From an uncultured Spirochaetota bacterium (GTDB lineage: Bacteria; Spirochaetota; Spirochaetia; SZUA-6; Fen-1364), in contig CAVUXE010000054.1 in the NCBI GenBank assembly GCA_963745235.1, positions 32,001-96,000 of the forward strand: a DNA stretch of 64,000 nt, read 5' to 3'. The notes beneath the pieces are model-generated. The model saw only the letters and a list, made by a program, of their open reading frames with translations. It had not been told where the DNA came from and made no database searches. Positions 19,952 to 29,427 of the stretch are shown here, piece after piece. The position numbers were made by a program, and so were the translations under genes. Numbering within the stretch: the stretch's first letter is position 1; every line of letters begins with the position of its first letter.

Positions 19952-21403
19952 CTACCGCGTCCTCAGCTTCGGGTGGAGGATCCTGTCCATCGCGAAACCG
20001 ATGAAGGAGAACGTCATGCCCATGAGAGCGATCATGAGCCCGGGCGGGACCACCCACCACCAGAGGCCGCCAAGGACCGCGCCGCCCGTGAAGGCGTCAT
20101 GGAGGATCTGACCCCAGGTGACGATGGTTGCGTCCCCCAGGCCAAGGAGGCTGACGGTGGATTCGTAGACCACCGCGCCTGGAACGGACAGGGCCATCGA
20201 AGCGAAAGCGTAGGGGATGAGGAGGGGGACCATGTGGCGGAAGATGAGCCGTGCGCTTCCGGCCCCCAGGGCGCGGGAGGCCTCGATGTATGTCTCCTCC
20301 CGGATGGAAAGCGCCATGGCGTAGACGGTCTTCACCGGTCCTGTCCAGAAGAAGACGGACATGATCACGATGAGAAACCAGATGCTCGGCTTGAAGATCG
20401 CACTGATCACGATGAGCAGAGGCAGCACCGGCTGGTTGGAGAAGATCTCGAAGATCCTCTGCATGACCCAGTTGACCGGACCTCCGAAGTATGCGGCGGT
20501 CACTCCCCACACGACGCCGATTGCCACGGACACGAACGCGGTCAGGAGGCCAATGAGCAGGGCCCACTTGATGCCCGCAATGAGGCCGCTCCAGAGGTCT
20601 CTCTTGGAGTTGTCTGTACCCAGCAGGCCGTTCACGCGTCCGGTGACCACCAGCCGGGGATCCGAGATCTGCGCGGCCGCCGTGGGCAGCACCGCGAGCA
20701 GGGTCAGCTTGTACGCGCCTTTGAGAGCCTGGGGTCGGGCAAGCATCCCGGGTCCCGCCTGGGAGAACAGGACAGTTGTCGGACGGATGCGGTCCACGTC
20801 CACTGCGGCCATGGCGTCAGCAGACTCGCTTCCCTGCAGGAGCCCCATAGCTGCCTGCCCGGCGCTCTTGTCGATGGATATGCGAACATCCATCCCGCTG
20901 CCGGCTGAGACCTGTTCCTGGTCCAGCGTGATCTCCGCGCCGTCCGGACGGGTCAGCGTGATTGCCACCGGGATTTCCCCTGTTCCGCGGAAATGGACGA
21001 CGAGGTCGCGAGGCGGAAGGTCATAGGGGTACGGGTATGTGAAGACAGTGGTCACGAGGCGCGCGGCGTCCGATGTTTCCCGGGAGCTCAGAGAAGGGCC
21101 AAGCACAAGAGAAACGGCGGACTTGCGCGCGGCAAATGCGTTTGTCCACACCGGCGGGGCGCTTGCCGGCTGCTCGTCCCAGTAGGTGATGTCATGCCAG
21201 CGGGAGCTCGTTTCGGGAAACGTCACGAGGCGCTTTTCGAAAACGGCGCCGGCGAGGAACAGGGCAAGCATGAAAAAGCCGGCAACCCCGGCAGGCTCGC
21301 GGCCGAGCTCGGAGAAAAGGTCGCGCAGCCATGGCCGCGCCGGCGGGCGCGGCACACGGTGGTCCTCCTGGCGTCGATTGCGCGGGACCTCCACGCCGCT
21401 CAC
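19952..21403 (-). CDS. peptide ABC permease (OppC-like) with a large extracytoplasmic insertion
   Basis: LLGTDNSKRDLW, YIEASRALG EAA loop, WWWVVPPG; about 200-aa soluble domain after TM1. Confidence 0.88.
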   Translation of the reverse strand: MSGVEVPRNRRQEDHRVPRPPARPWLRDLFSELGREPAGVAGFFMLALFLAGAVFEKRLVTFPETSSRWHDITYWDEQPASAPPVWTNAFAARKSAVSLVLGPSLSSRETSDAARLVTTVFTYPYPYDLPPRDLVVHFRGTGEIPVAITLTRPDGAEITLDQEQVSAGSGMDVRISIDKSAGQAAMGLLQGSESADAMAAVDVDRIRPTTVLFSQAGPGMLARPQALKGAYKLTLLAVLPTAAAQISDPRLVVTGRVNGLLGTDNSKRDLWSGLIAGIKWALLIGLLTAFVSVAIGVVWGVTAAYFGGPVNWVMQRIFEIFSNQPVLPLLIVISAIFKPSIWFLIVIMSVFFWTGPVKTVYAMALSIREETYIEASRALGAGSARLIFRHMVPLLIPYAFASMALSVPGAVVYESTVSLLGLGDATIVTWGQILHDAFTGGAVLGGLWWWVVPPGLMIALMGMTFSFIGFAMDRILHPKLRTR

Positions 21404-22440
21404 GCGGAAGCCCCGGTCTTTATCCGCGGATCCAGCAACCCGTAGATGAGATCCAGCACCGCGAGCCCGGCGATGTACAGGCCGGTTGTCACGGCCAGGA
21501 GACCGAGCGTCACAGGGGTGTCACCCTGCTCAATGGAGATCCAGTAGAGGTTTCCCATGCCCGGCCAGCTGAAGATCCCCTCGAAGATGATGTTGCCGAA
21601 CACCGACGTGAGCAGGGAAAGAATGGCGATGGTGGTGAGGGGAGGCGCCGCCGCGCGCATTGCATGGCCGAAGAGCACCGTTCTCTCCGGCAGGCCCCGG
21701 GCGCGGGCGGCTGTGATGTAGTCTTCCTGGAGGATGCTCAGCACGATGTTTCGCGCCAGGAGCGCCACGCCCCAGAAGCTCACGATGACCAGCGTGACAA
21801 CCGGAAGGACCATGTGCCAGGCCAGGTCCAGGATCCCCGCCAATCCCTGCGGGGGAGGGATCGAGTGCATGCCCCCTGATGGGAAGAGGGGGAGCATGTA
21901 GGCCAGGACCATGATGACGATCATGGCCACCCACCACGTGGGAAGACCGTAGACCACCATGGTGATGACGGAGGCAGACCTGTCCAGGGTCCCGCCGGCT
22001 CTCTGTGCCTGCTTCAGGCCGAGCCAGACTCCCAGCAGCACCTGGAGCACGATGGAGGTGGTGAACAGGAGCGCTGTGCGGGGAACGGTCTCCATGATGA
22101 TCCGCCACACGCTGCGCTCCCCGCGTGAGCTCTTGATGGTGATGGAGTTGCCGAACTGCAGGGTCACGGCGTCGATGGCGCGCCACAGCACCCGCACGGG
22201 CACGGGCTGGTCGAGATGGGAGACATGGAAGAGATAGGCCCGCCTTTGCGCCACGAAGGCCTGCACCTGCAGGGCGGATGCGTTCTTCAGCCTCGCCGCT
22301 TCGGGCTGCAGGGACTCTTCGATCTGCGCGCGCAACGTCCTCTCCGCGGTGGCGGTGAAGAGGACCGAGAAGATGAGCATCTCGATCACGAAGATGGCCA
22401 TTGCGTTGAGGATCCGTCGAATGGCGAAAACAGGGTACAT
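21400..22440 (-). CDS. peptide ABC permease (OppB-like)
   Basis: HMVLP, DYITAARARGLPE, HAMRAA, EGIFSWPGMG, DLIYGLLDPRI. Confidence 0.92.
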   Translation of the reverse strand: MYPVFAIRRILNAMAIFVIEMLIFSVLFTATAERTLRAQIEESLQPEAARLKNASALQVQAFVAQRRAYLFHVSHLDQPVPVRVLWRAIDAVTLQFGNSITIKSSRGERSVWRIIMETVPRTALLFTTSIVLQVLLGVWLGLKQAQRAGGTLDRSASVITMVVYGLPTWWVAMIVIMVLAYMLPLFPSGGMHSIPPPQGLAGILDLAWHMVLPVVTLVIVSFWGVALLARNIVLSILQEDYITAARARGLPERTVLFGHAMRAAAPPLTTIAILSLLTSVFGNIIFEGIFSWPGMGNLYWISIEQGDTPVTLGLLAVTTGLYIAGLAVLDLIYGLLDPRIKTGASA

Positions 22441-22449
22441 CGGGGATCC

Positions 22450-24999
22450 CTAGAAAAGGACCATGGTGGACGATTCCACGGACGGCGTCTCCCGGCGCAG
22501 TTGCGACTCGGCCAGGAGGGTGTAGGTCCCGGCCAGAAGCGTCCTGGTGTCCGCGGCGGGGAGAGTGACGGAATATTGGCCCGGCCGCACAAAGACCGCC
22601 TTGTACTTCTTTTCCCCGCCCGCAAGGACAAGGGTCAGGGTCACGCGCGCCGTCGCGTCCGCCGGCGCCGCGGCTGTCTCTGGATATTCGATTGTCGAGA
22701 CTTTGATGGCAACGACGAGCGGCTTCCCGTGCAGCGCGAGCGGAGGCGGCGTTACTGAGTCGATCCTCGTGGTCGCAATCCTGAAATACCTGTTCCAGAA
22801 GCCGGCCTCGAAGGGGTACGACGGATCCCGGAAAGCCGAAAGCTCGACGAAGCTAGCGGTCGGATCCACCGCGTTGATGAAGAACGGGCCGTTGTTGATG
22901 TACGCGTTATGATGAGCGTCAATCCAGGCGATTGCCGCCTTGTACCGGGCCACGCACTCCTCCGGCGTGGTGAACTGCCTGATGGACGCCGGCACGTAGG
23001 AGGCATCCACGAAATCCTGGAGCTTTGCCTTTATGTCCTCCAGGCACCTGGGGGCCAGCACGTCCACCTCGGTGTAGGCGGGGTCAGAGGAAAAGCTCCA
23101 CGCGGTTCCTGACTTTCCGCCCTCCGCCACCATTTTCGCCAGGGCTTCGACGATCTCCCAGGAGCAGTTCACCGGCTGTCCTGAGGCGCTCACCGACGTG
23201 TACAGCGCGCCGGATGAGCCAATGCGGTCCGGGTCCATGTGGTTGAAGTCGTAATAGACAGTGATGGTTGTGTCGGGGTTGATCACGATCCCCTTGATGA
23301 TGTCCTGCCCGGGCCGCATGACGCTTTCGTAACCCGCGTCGTACATCCGGTCCTTGTCACCGACCTTCGTGATCCATTTCCAGACAAAGGCCTGAGCATA
23401 CATGATATCCGCAATTCCGATGGGAATCCCCGTATGCCAGTTGCCCCACTTGTACGTGTAGGTTGCCCTGCTGAAAGAGCTCACGCCCGGCCCCACGGGT
23501 ACCCACGCGGACTGCCGAGGGTCGTACACGATGGCGTCCGCGGGCACGGGAATCTGCCCCTGGACCGCCGGCTCTCCCTTGTCGCCGGATCCCACGCTTA
23601 CCTTCGTCAGGACGTCCTGCCAGCTCGCTCGAAGGGGCGCATCTTCCGCCGTGTTGGGGGTCACGAACGTCGCCCTGTCCACTGTCGGAGCGGATATGAA
23701 CAGGCTGTACATGTCCTTGAAGCCGTCCACCCCTACGGGGTCCCAGGCGCTCGTGAAAAGAGATCCCCGCGCGGAAAGCTGCGTGACACGCAGCACTTTT
23801 TCACCGTCTTTTTCCGGCTTCACGTCCGCGGTGATGAGAGACCATGCGTCCAGCCCGTCCCCCAGGCCATACACCATCCGCCGGTTGAACCTGGCCTTGT
23901 TGACGGCGAACAGCTGGGACTGGTAGGAGACCTGGATGCGCGTTGCTTCCTTGAGGCCGAGCTCGGTTGCCCGAAGGATGGCGTCCCAATACTCGTCGGC
24001 ATCCTTGAACTGGCCGTTCTGGACCTTGCGGGTGAGGGCGTCTATTTCGTCGTTCGTGTATCGCCAGAAATGCGGGTTGGCGCCGCCAGCCTGGTAGCCC
24101 TGCCAGGGCGCATACCACTGGGAGACGATGTTGTCCCAGTATCGGCGGGTGTCCCCTGCGCCCCAGCCCTCGGTGTAGATGTTCCATTCATAGCGCGCCG
24201 GATCATCCTTGTACGCAACTTCGATGCACTTCGCCCTGTCCCACTCCAGCCTTTCCACCCGGATGCCCGCTTTTTCGATCTGGTCCGCGATGTAACGGCC
24301 TTCCTTCAGCCGGCCGTTGGGCTCATCCACCCTTATCAGGACCTTCACCGTGAGGTCAGCGCCGTTCCATTGCCAGAACGTGTCTCCCTTGACGAGCTTT
24401 CCCCGGAGGGCAGGCAGCTGTGACGCTTTCTGGAGCGCGGAGGTGATGTCCTGGACGGCCTTCTTCTCGTTCCCCGTCGGTGTCATTCCGAGCTTCACTG
24501 GTATGAGGTTGTAGCGATACGTGCCGGGCTGACCGGGTGTCGCCATGGTGAACAGGGGGCCGCCGGCGCCTCCCAGGATCTCGTCAACGATGTACTTCCT
24601 GTTGATGAGGAAGTTGAGCGCGTACCGCACGTCCCTGATGGCAAACGGATTGAAGTATTCCCTGCCGTCAACGGTGACGGTGTAGGGCGCCTCGTTGGGA
24701 ATGGGGTTGACCATGAGGGACCAGCTGCCCGAAGGTACGTTGTACACGTCCAGCTTCTTCTGCGTGTCGGCCGGGAGCGATCGGTAGGTATTGCCCTGGA
24801 CCGGGTACAGGAACACGTCCGTCCTGCCTTCCGCCGTGTCCTTCAACCCGATGTCTTCCTGCATCCGAACGTCGAACAGGACCCTGTCGACAATAGGCCC
24901 TTTCTTCGGCTGCTGCGTGGATTGAGCCGGGAGAGCCAGGGCAGAGCTGACCGCCAGCATAAGAACCAACGACAATCGTGTCCGCACGTCGCGCCCCAT
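22450..24999 (-). CDS. large (about 850 aa) family-5 ABC substrate-binding protein
   Basis: Signal peptide, NPFAIRDVRYALNFLINR, YTEGWG, NGPF; Ig-like C-terminal tail. The ORF-track extension to 25674 is antisense to the VOC gene. Confidence 0.85.
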   Translation of the reverse strand: MGRDVRTRLSLVLMLAVSSALALPAQSTQQPKKGPIVDRVLFDVRMQEDIGLKDTAEGRTDVFLYPVQGNTYRSLPADTQKKLDVYNVPSGSWSLMVNPIPNEAPYTVTVDGREYFNPFAIRDVRYALNFLINRKYIVDEILGGAGGPLFTMATPGQPGTYRYNLIPVKLGMTPTGNEKKAVQDITSALQKASQLPALRGKLVKGDTFWQWNGADLTVKVLIRVDEPNGRLKEGRYIADQIEKAGIRVERLEWDRAKCIEVAYKDDPARYEWNIYTEGWGAGDTRRYWDNIVSQWYAPWQGYQAGGANPHFWRYTNDEIDALTRKVQNGQFKDADEYWDAILRATELGLKEATRIQVSYQSQLFAVNKARFNRRMVYGLGDGLDAWSLITADVKPEKDGEKVLRVTQLSARGSLFTSAWDPVGVDGFKDMYSLFISAPTVDRATFVTPNTAEDAPLRASWQDVLTKVSVGSGDKGEPAVQGQIPVPADAIVYDPRQSAWVPVGPGVSSFSRATYTYKWGNWHTGIPIGIADIMYAQAFVWKWITKVGDKDRMYDAGYESVMRPGQDIIKGIVINPDTTITVYYDFNHMDPDRIGSSGALYTSVSASGQPVNCSWEIVEALAKMVAEGGKSGTAWSFSSDPAYTEVDVLAPRCLEDIKAKLQDFVDASYVPASIRQFTTPEECVARYKAAIAWIDAHHNAYINNGPFFINAVDPTASFVELSAFRDPSYPFEAGFWNRYFRIATTRIDSVTPPPLALHGKPLVVAIKVSTIEYPETAAAPADATARVTLTLVLAGGEKKYKAVFVRPGQYSVTLPAADTRTLLAGTYTLLAESQLRRETPSVESSTMVLF

Positions 25000-25023
25000 C
25001 AGGGTGAGTATATTAGTGTGAGT

Positions 25024-25884
25024 ATGGTCTCGCAGTCCATCCATCCCGAGACGCTCATCGGGCCGGTCACGATTCGAGTGGCTGACGCTTCCCGTTCGCT
25101 TCGCTTTTACCAGGAAGCCCTTGGTTTCAGGCCCGTCGGCCACGTTGCCGGCCTGCCCGCGCTCGGGGCGCCGGGAATGAGGGACGGTGCACCCGTGGTC
25201 GTGCTGAAGGAGGTCCCGGGAGCGCGCCCCGCGCGTCATGCATCGGGCCTCTATCACTTCGCAGTCCTGCTCCCCGGCCGCCCTGCCCTGGCAAGGGCGC
25301 TTCGCCGGCTCGCCAGGGCGCAGGTCTCCATCGGTCAGGCGGACCACCTGGTCAGCGAAGCCCTGTATCTCTCCGACCCTGACGGCAATGGGATCGAAAT
25401 CTACCGCGACAGGCCGCGTGACCAGTGGGGGTGGGATGACGGCAGAGTCCGGATGGCAACCGACCCCCTGGACCTGGAGGACCTGCTTCGGGAAGCGGAG
25501 AGCGAGCCGGACTCGCCGGACGCGCTCCCGCCGGGCACCCGCACCGGCCATGTGCACCTGCAGGTTTCCGACGTGCAGGAAGCGGTCCAGTTCTACCATG
25601 GCATCCTTGGCTTCGACATCGTTGCAGCCTGGCAGGGGGCCGCTTTCCTCAGCGCCGGCGGCTATCACCATCACATCGGGTTGAACAGCTGGGGCTCCCG
25701 CGGCGCGCCCCCGGCTCCACCGGGCGCAACGGGCCTGGAGTCGTTTGTTATCAAGGTTCCCGACACGGAAGAGCAGTCGCGTCTTGCCGAACGGCTGCGA
25801 GAAGCCGGAGTCCCGGTTGAGGAAACCGACGGCGTTCTTCGCGCCCGCGATCCGTGGAACGTCGGCCTGGAGGTGATGCCGTGA
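25024..25884 (+). CDS. VOC family, CatE-like extradiol dioxygenase
   Basis: GLYHFAVLLP, DHLVSEALYLSDPDGNGIEIYRDRP, GHVHL, FLSAGGYHHHIGLN. Confidence 0.88.
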   Translation: MVSQSIHPETLIGPVTIRVADASRSLRFYQEALGFRPVGHVAGLPALGAPGMRDGAPVVVLKEVPGARPARHASGLYHFAVLLPGRPALARALRRLARAQVSIGQADHLVSEALYLSDPDGNGIEIYRDRPRDQWGWDDGRVRMATDPLDLEDLLREAESEPDSPDALPPGTRTGHVHLQVSDVQEAVQFYHGILGFDIVAAWQGAAFLSAGGYHHHIGLNSWGSRGAPPAPPGATGLESFVIKVPDTEEQSRLAERLREAGVPVEETDGVLRARDPWNVGLEVMP

Positions 25885-26522
25885 AGATTGCCGTGATCGG
25901 GATCACGGGCCGGATCGGGAGCAGGATCGCGCAGGAGGCGCTTTCCCGAGGGCACGAGGTAACGGGAGTTGCGCGTGATCCCCCGAAAGTGACTCTTACG
26001 CACCCGAAGCTGCGCGTCATAAAGGGAGATGCCCTGGATCCGGCCTCCGTTGCCGCGGCAGTGGCGGGCCATGACGTGGCGGTGGGCGCAATCGGGCCGG
26101 ATCCGCAAAAAGGCGTGGGGACGCTCCTGACGGATGCGGCGCGCGCGCTTATTGACGGCGTGAAGCGAGCCCATGTCCGGAGGCTGCTCATTGTCGGCGG
26201 CGCTGGAAGCCTGGAGGTGGCCCCGGGGGTCCTGCTCATGGACTCCCCCCAGTTCCCAGCGGACTGGAAGCCGATTGCCAAAGCGCATGCCGACGCGCTG
26301 GACATGTATCGCAAGGAAAAATCCCTCGAATGGACGTACCTGTCGCCTGCCGCCATGATCGAGCCGGGCACGCGCACCGGAGCATACCGGACAGGGGATG
26401 ACAAGCTCCTGAGCGACGCGCACGGCAACAGCAGGATCAGCATGGAAGATTTCGCGGTTGCAATTCTGGAGGAAGTGGAAAAGCCACGCCACGTCCGCAA
26501 GCGGTTCACCGTGGCATACTGA
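25881..26522 (+). CDS. NAD(P)H-binding oxidoreductase (YwnB/flavin reductase-like)
   Basis: GITGRIG Rossmann motif, RGHEVT, VGGAGSL, WTYLSP, ISMEDFAVA, RFTVAY. Confidence 0.9.
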   Translation: MKIAVIGITGRIGSRIAQEALSRGHEVTGVARDPPKVTLTHPKLRVIKGDALDPASVAAAVAGHDVAVGAIGPDPQKGVGTLLTDAARALIDGVKRAHVRRLLIVGGAGSLEVAPGVLLMDSPQFPADWKPIAKAHADALDMYRKEKSLEWTYLSPAAMIEPGTRTGAYRTGDDKLLSDAHGNSRISMEDFAVAILEEVEKPRHVRKRFTVAY

Positions 26523-26540
26523 AATCTATCGAGGTGCGAT

Positions 26541-26990
26541 ATGAACAGGGCATTCTTGATCGTCGTGGGCGTGATCTTCTGTGTCTTTCCCGCGGGCTCA
26601 CTTGCCGCGCAATGCACCGCCACGCAGGGTGAGCTCCTTGACGCATCCTACAAGCCCGAGGCACCCATGCGCGCAAGCGTGGGGTCGGGGTATGTTCTCA
26701 CGGGAATCGTTCGGGCCTCCGGTGATTGCCGGCCCATTGCGGGAGCCACGGTGGAGCTCTGGCTTGCCGGGCCCAACGGGTATTCAGACAACTACTCGGG
26801 GACCGTGGTGGCGGACAAGAGCGGCCACTACAGGTTCCAGAGCCCCTTTCCGTCCGCGTCAACCGGTCGCCCTCCCCATATCCACATGAGAGTGGCGGCG
26901 GACGGCTTCCTGCCCATTCAGACCGAGTGTTTTCCCCGGAAGGGCACGGCAACGGGAGTTTTCGACATCGTCCTGGAGCCGGGGGGATGA
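26541..26990 (+). CDS. exported intradiol dioxygenase-like (Dioxygenase_C fold) protein
   Basis: Signal peptide, CRPIAGATVELW, GY, G.YRF, RPPHIH, FDIVL. Confidence 0.72.
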   Translation: MNRAFLIVVGVIFCVFPAGSLAAQCTATQGELLDASYKPEAPMRASVGSGYVLTGIVRASGDCRPIAGATVELWLAGPNGYSDNYSGTVVADKSGHYRFQSPFPSASTGRPPHIHMRVAADGFLPIQTECFPRKGTATGVFDIVLEPGG

Positions 26991-27017
26991 TGCGCGCGGG
27001 CTGAGCCCTGCCACCCC

Positions 27018-28406
27018 GTGAACCTCGCTGAACGAATGGCGGCGCTCCCGCCGCCCCTGCGCATTGCTGACGCCCGAAGAACCCTCAGGGACACGCTCCT
27101 GGGGTCGGGAACGAGGCTTGTCGCGATAGACGATGATCCGACCGGCACGCAGACAGTCCACGGGGTGCGGGTCTTCATGGAATGGTCGGTGCGCACCCTC
27201 CGTGAAGCCTTCGCTCTCCCCGAGCCCCTGTTTTTCATCTCGACGAACTCCCGCAGCCTGTCGCGAGCCGAGGCGACGGCCTTGGCTCACGAGGTGGGGA
27301 GAAATCTCAGCGCCGCCGCGAGGCAGGCTGGCCGCAGATTTCTCGCTGACTCTCGGAGCGACAGCACGCTGCGCGGCCACTTCCCCGCGGAGGTGGACGC
27401 CCTGGCCGCCGAGCTGGCGGGAGCGGTTGACGGGGTGATCCTTGTGCCTGCCTTTTTCGACGCGGGGCGCTACACCATCGACAACGTGCACTTTGTGGAC
27501 ACGGGACGCGAGCTTGTGCCCGCAAGCGACACGGAGTTCGCGAAGGACCCCGATTTCGGGTTCACGCACGCGGACCTGCGTGAATGGGTGCAGGAGAAAA
27601 CCTCTGGTCGAGTGCGGGCGGACCAGGTGATCCCCCTTTCTATTGAAGATATTCGACGGGGAGGGCCGGAGAAGGTCGCCGAAAAGCTTGCGGCCGCGCG
27701 AAACGGGATCCCCATTATCGCGAACGCCGCCTGCGACGAAGACCTGGAAGTTCTTGCCCTGGGCGCGCAGGCCGCGGAAGGGCGCGGCAGGAGCTTCCTG
27801 TATCGCACAAGCGCGTCATTCGTCAAAGTTCGGGCGGGAATCAGCGACAGGCCCCTTCTCAGCCGGTCGGAAATGGAGCCGGGCCCTGGACCGGGGCTCG
27901 TCATTGCAGGCTCCTACGTCTCAAGGACTTCAGAGCAGATCCGGCGCCTCCTGGAGCCCGGCCGCGTCGTGCCGGTGGAGTTTTCTGTCCCCCTGCTTCT
28001 CCACGGGAGCACTCGGGCGGAAGAAATCCGAAGAGCCGCTCATACGGCCTCGGAGGCGCTTGCGCGCGGCACCACTGTCCTTGTGTTCACCACGCGTGAG
28101 AAACATTCCTCCTCCGACTTCCTTGCCGCCGGCAGGATCGTCATGGACGGGCTGTGCGATGTCGTCCGCGGCATTCGGCAGAAGCCCGGCTTCCTGGTGG
28201 CCAAGGGAGGAATCACGAGCATCGCGATTGCGCGGACGGCGCTGGGCTGCTCCGAGGCGCGCGTGCTCGGGCAGGTCCTCAAGGGAGTTCCCGTGTGGCG
28301 CCTCGGGGCCGCATCGACGTGGGGCGATATTCCCTACGTCGTGTTCCCCGGAAATGTCGGAGACCAGACCGCGCTCCTTCGCGTCGTGGAAGCGCTCACG
28401 GGGTGA
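27018..28406 (+). CDS. four-carbon acid sugar kinase family (YgbK/DUF1537)
   Basis: DDDPTGTQ, TNSR, DSTLRGH, PAF..GR, AKGGITS, VFPGNVG. Confidence 0.9.
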   Translation: MNLAERMAALPPPLRIADARRTLRDTLLGSGTRLVAIDDDPTGTQTVHGVRVFMEWSVRTLREAFALPEPLFFISTNSRSLSRAEATALAHEVGRNLSAAARQAGRRFLADSRSDSTLRGHFPAEVDALAAELAGAVDGVILVPAFFDAGRYTIDNVHFVDTGRELVPASDTEFAKDPDFGFTHADLREWVQEKTSGRVRADQVIPLSIEDIRRGGPEKVAEKLAAARNGIPIIANAACDEDLEVLALGAQAAEGRGRSFLYRTSASFVKVRAGISDRPLLSRSEMEPGPGPGLVIAGSYVSRTSEQIRRLLEPGRVVPVEFSVPLLLHGSTRAEEIRRAAHTASEALARGTTVLVFTTREKHSSSDFLAAGRIVMDGLCDVVRGIRQKPGFLVAKGGITSIAIARTALGCSEARVLGQVLKGVPVWRLGAASTWGDIPYVVFPGNVGDQTALLRVVEALTG

Positions 28407-29286
28407 GGGACCAGTCTTTGAGCGCCTGCAGGAGACTGGGAGGCATTGCCAATTGGAAGCGGGCGCCGTTGGCCTCTATCTCCGCTGCCGCTTCCCCCAC
28501 CGAAACGCCCTGAATCCGCGCTCGAGGAATCAGGAAACAGTCCACCCCGTAGGGATGGAGGGATTTCACAGGGTCGCGCATCAGGACAAGCTCATACGGG
28601 CTCAGGATCAGCAGGTGGCCGGTCCTGGTCCGTCCCCGCCTTCGGGAAGGCTCCGCTTGGAATCGAAAGACCCGGGGAGCGCCTTCATCCAGAGTGGAAA
28701 AAGGAATATTGAGAAGGAAGTTCCATTTGAAGGGGATCTCGGGGCTCTGCGGCGGCTCGCACGGAACCTTCAGCCGGGGACCTGCCACCTTCTTTCGAAG
28801 CTCGAGCAGCGCCGGCTCCATCATGCGTCGGCACACCAGGTTGTAGCGGATGGTCACGCGTCTGGCAGACGAGAGGAAGCTCAGCCTCCCGTACAGCAGG
28901 ATCTGTACGTCCTCCACGCCCGCCAGCTCATCCAGGCCGATAGTCACCCGTATCCCCGGCTCGGGCTTTTCCGTCCAGAGACCGACAGCGCGGCCTCCAA
29001 GGGCAAGGATCTCCAGGGGTGTGATCACCTTCCCGGTTCCCAACCCTGTGGATCTCACCGAAGGAGGGATGACCAGGAGTTGTTGAAGTGTTTTCACGCC
29101 GCACTGATCCTTGAGTAGTTCCCAGGCGCCGGCGGGGAGGTCTTCCTGTGTCCTTGGAATGTAGGGGTGGCCGGCGTAGATTCCGCGAAAATAGAACCCG
29201 CCTTCCCGTTCCGTGTAGGGGCTTTCCCAGCTTTCCGCCGGATCCTCGGCCTTGCGCCGCACCTTGATCAATTCAGCAACTTTCAT
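28396..29286 (-). CDS. hypothetical protein
   Basis: Only natural-looking ORF filling the gap; beta-rich; no family recognised. Confidence 0.6.
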   Translation of the reverse strand: MKVAELIKVRRKAEDPAESWESPYTEREGGFYFRGIYAGHPYIPRTQEDLPAGAWELLKDQCGVKTLQQLLVIPPSVRSTGLGTGKVITPLEILALGGRAVGLWTEKPEPGIRVTIGLDELAGVEDVQILLYGRLSFLSSARRVTIRYNLVCRRMMEPALLELRKKVAGPRLKVPCEPPQSPEIPFKWNFLLNIPFSTLDEGAPRVFRFQAEPSRRRGRTRTGHLLILSPYELVLMRDPVKSLHPYGVDCFLIPRARIQGVSVGEAAAEIEANGARFQLAMPPSLLQALKDWSLTP

Positions 29287-29427
29287 ATGCCCCAAACGGT
29301 ATTCGTCCGGACGCGCGCTGTCAATTGCGCTCGACCGCCCTCGACCGCCCCGCAATGCTCAGGTCGTTCACGTCCATTTTGTGGTATATACTGGGGGAGA
29401 AAATCGCACTATCTCAGGGGGAGAGCC

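Noticed and set aside
25000-25674. N-terminal extension making the SBP 1074 aa
   Set aside because: Antisense to the CatE-like gene; the signal peptide begins near 24999.
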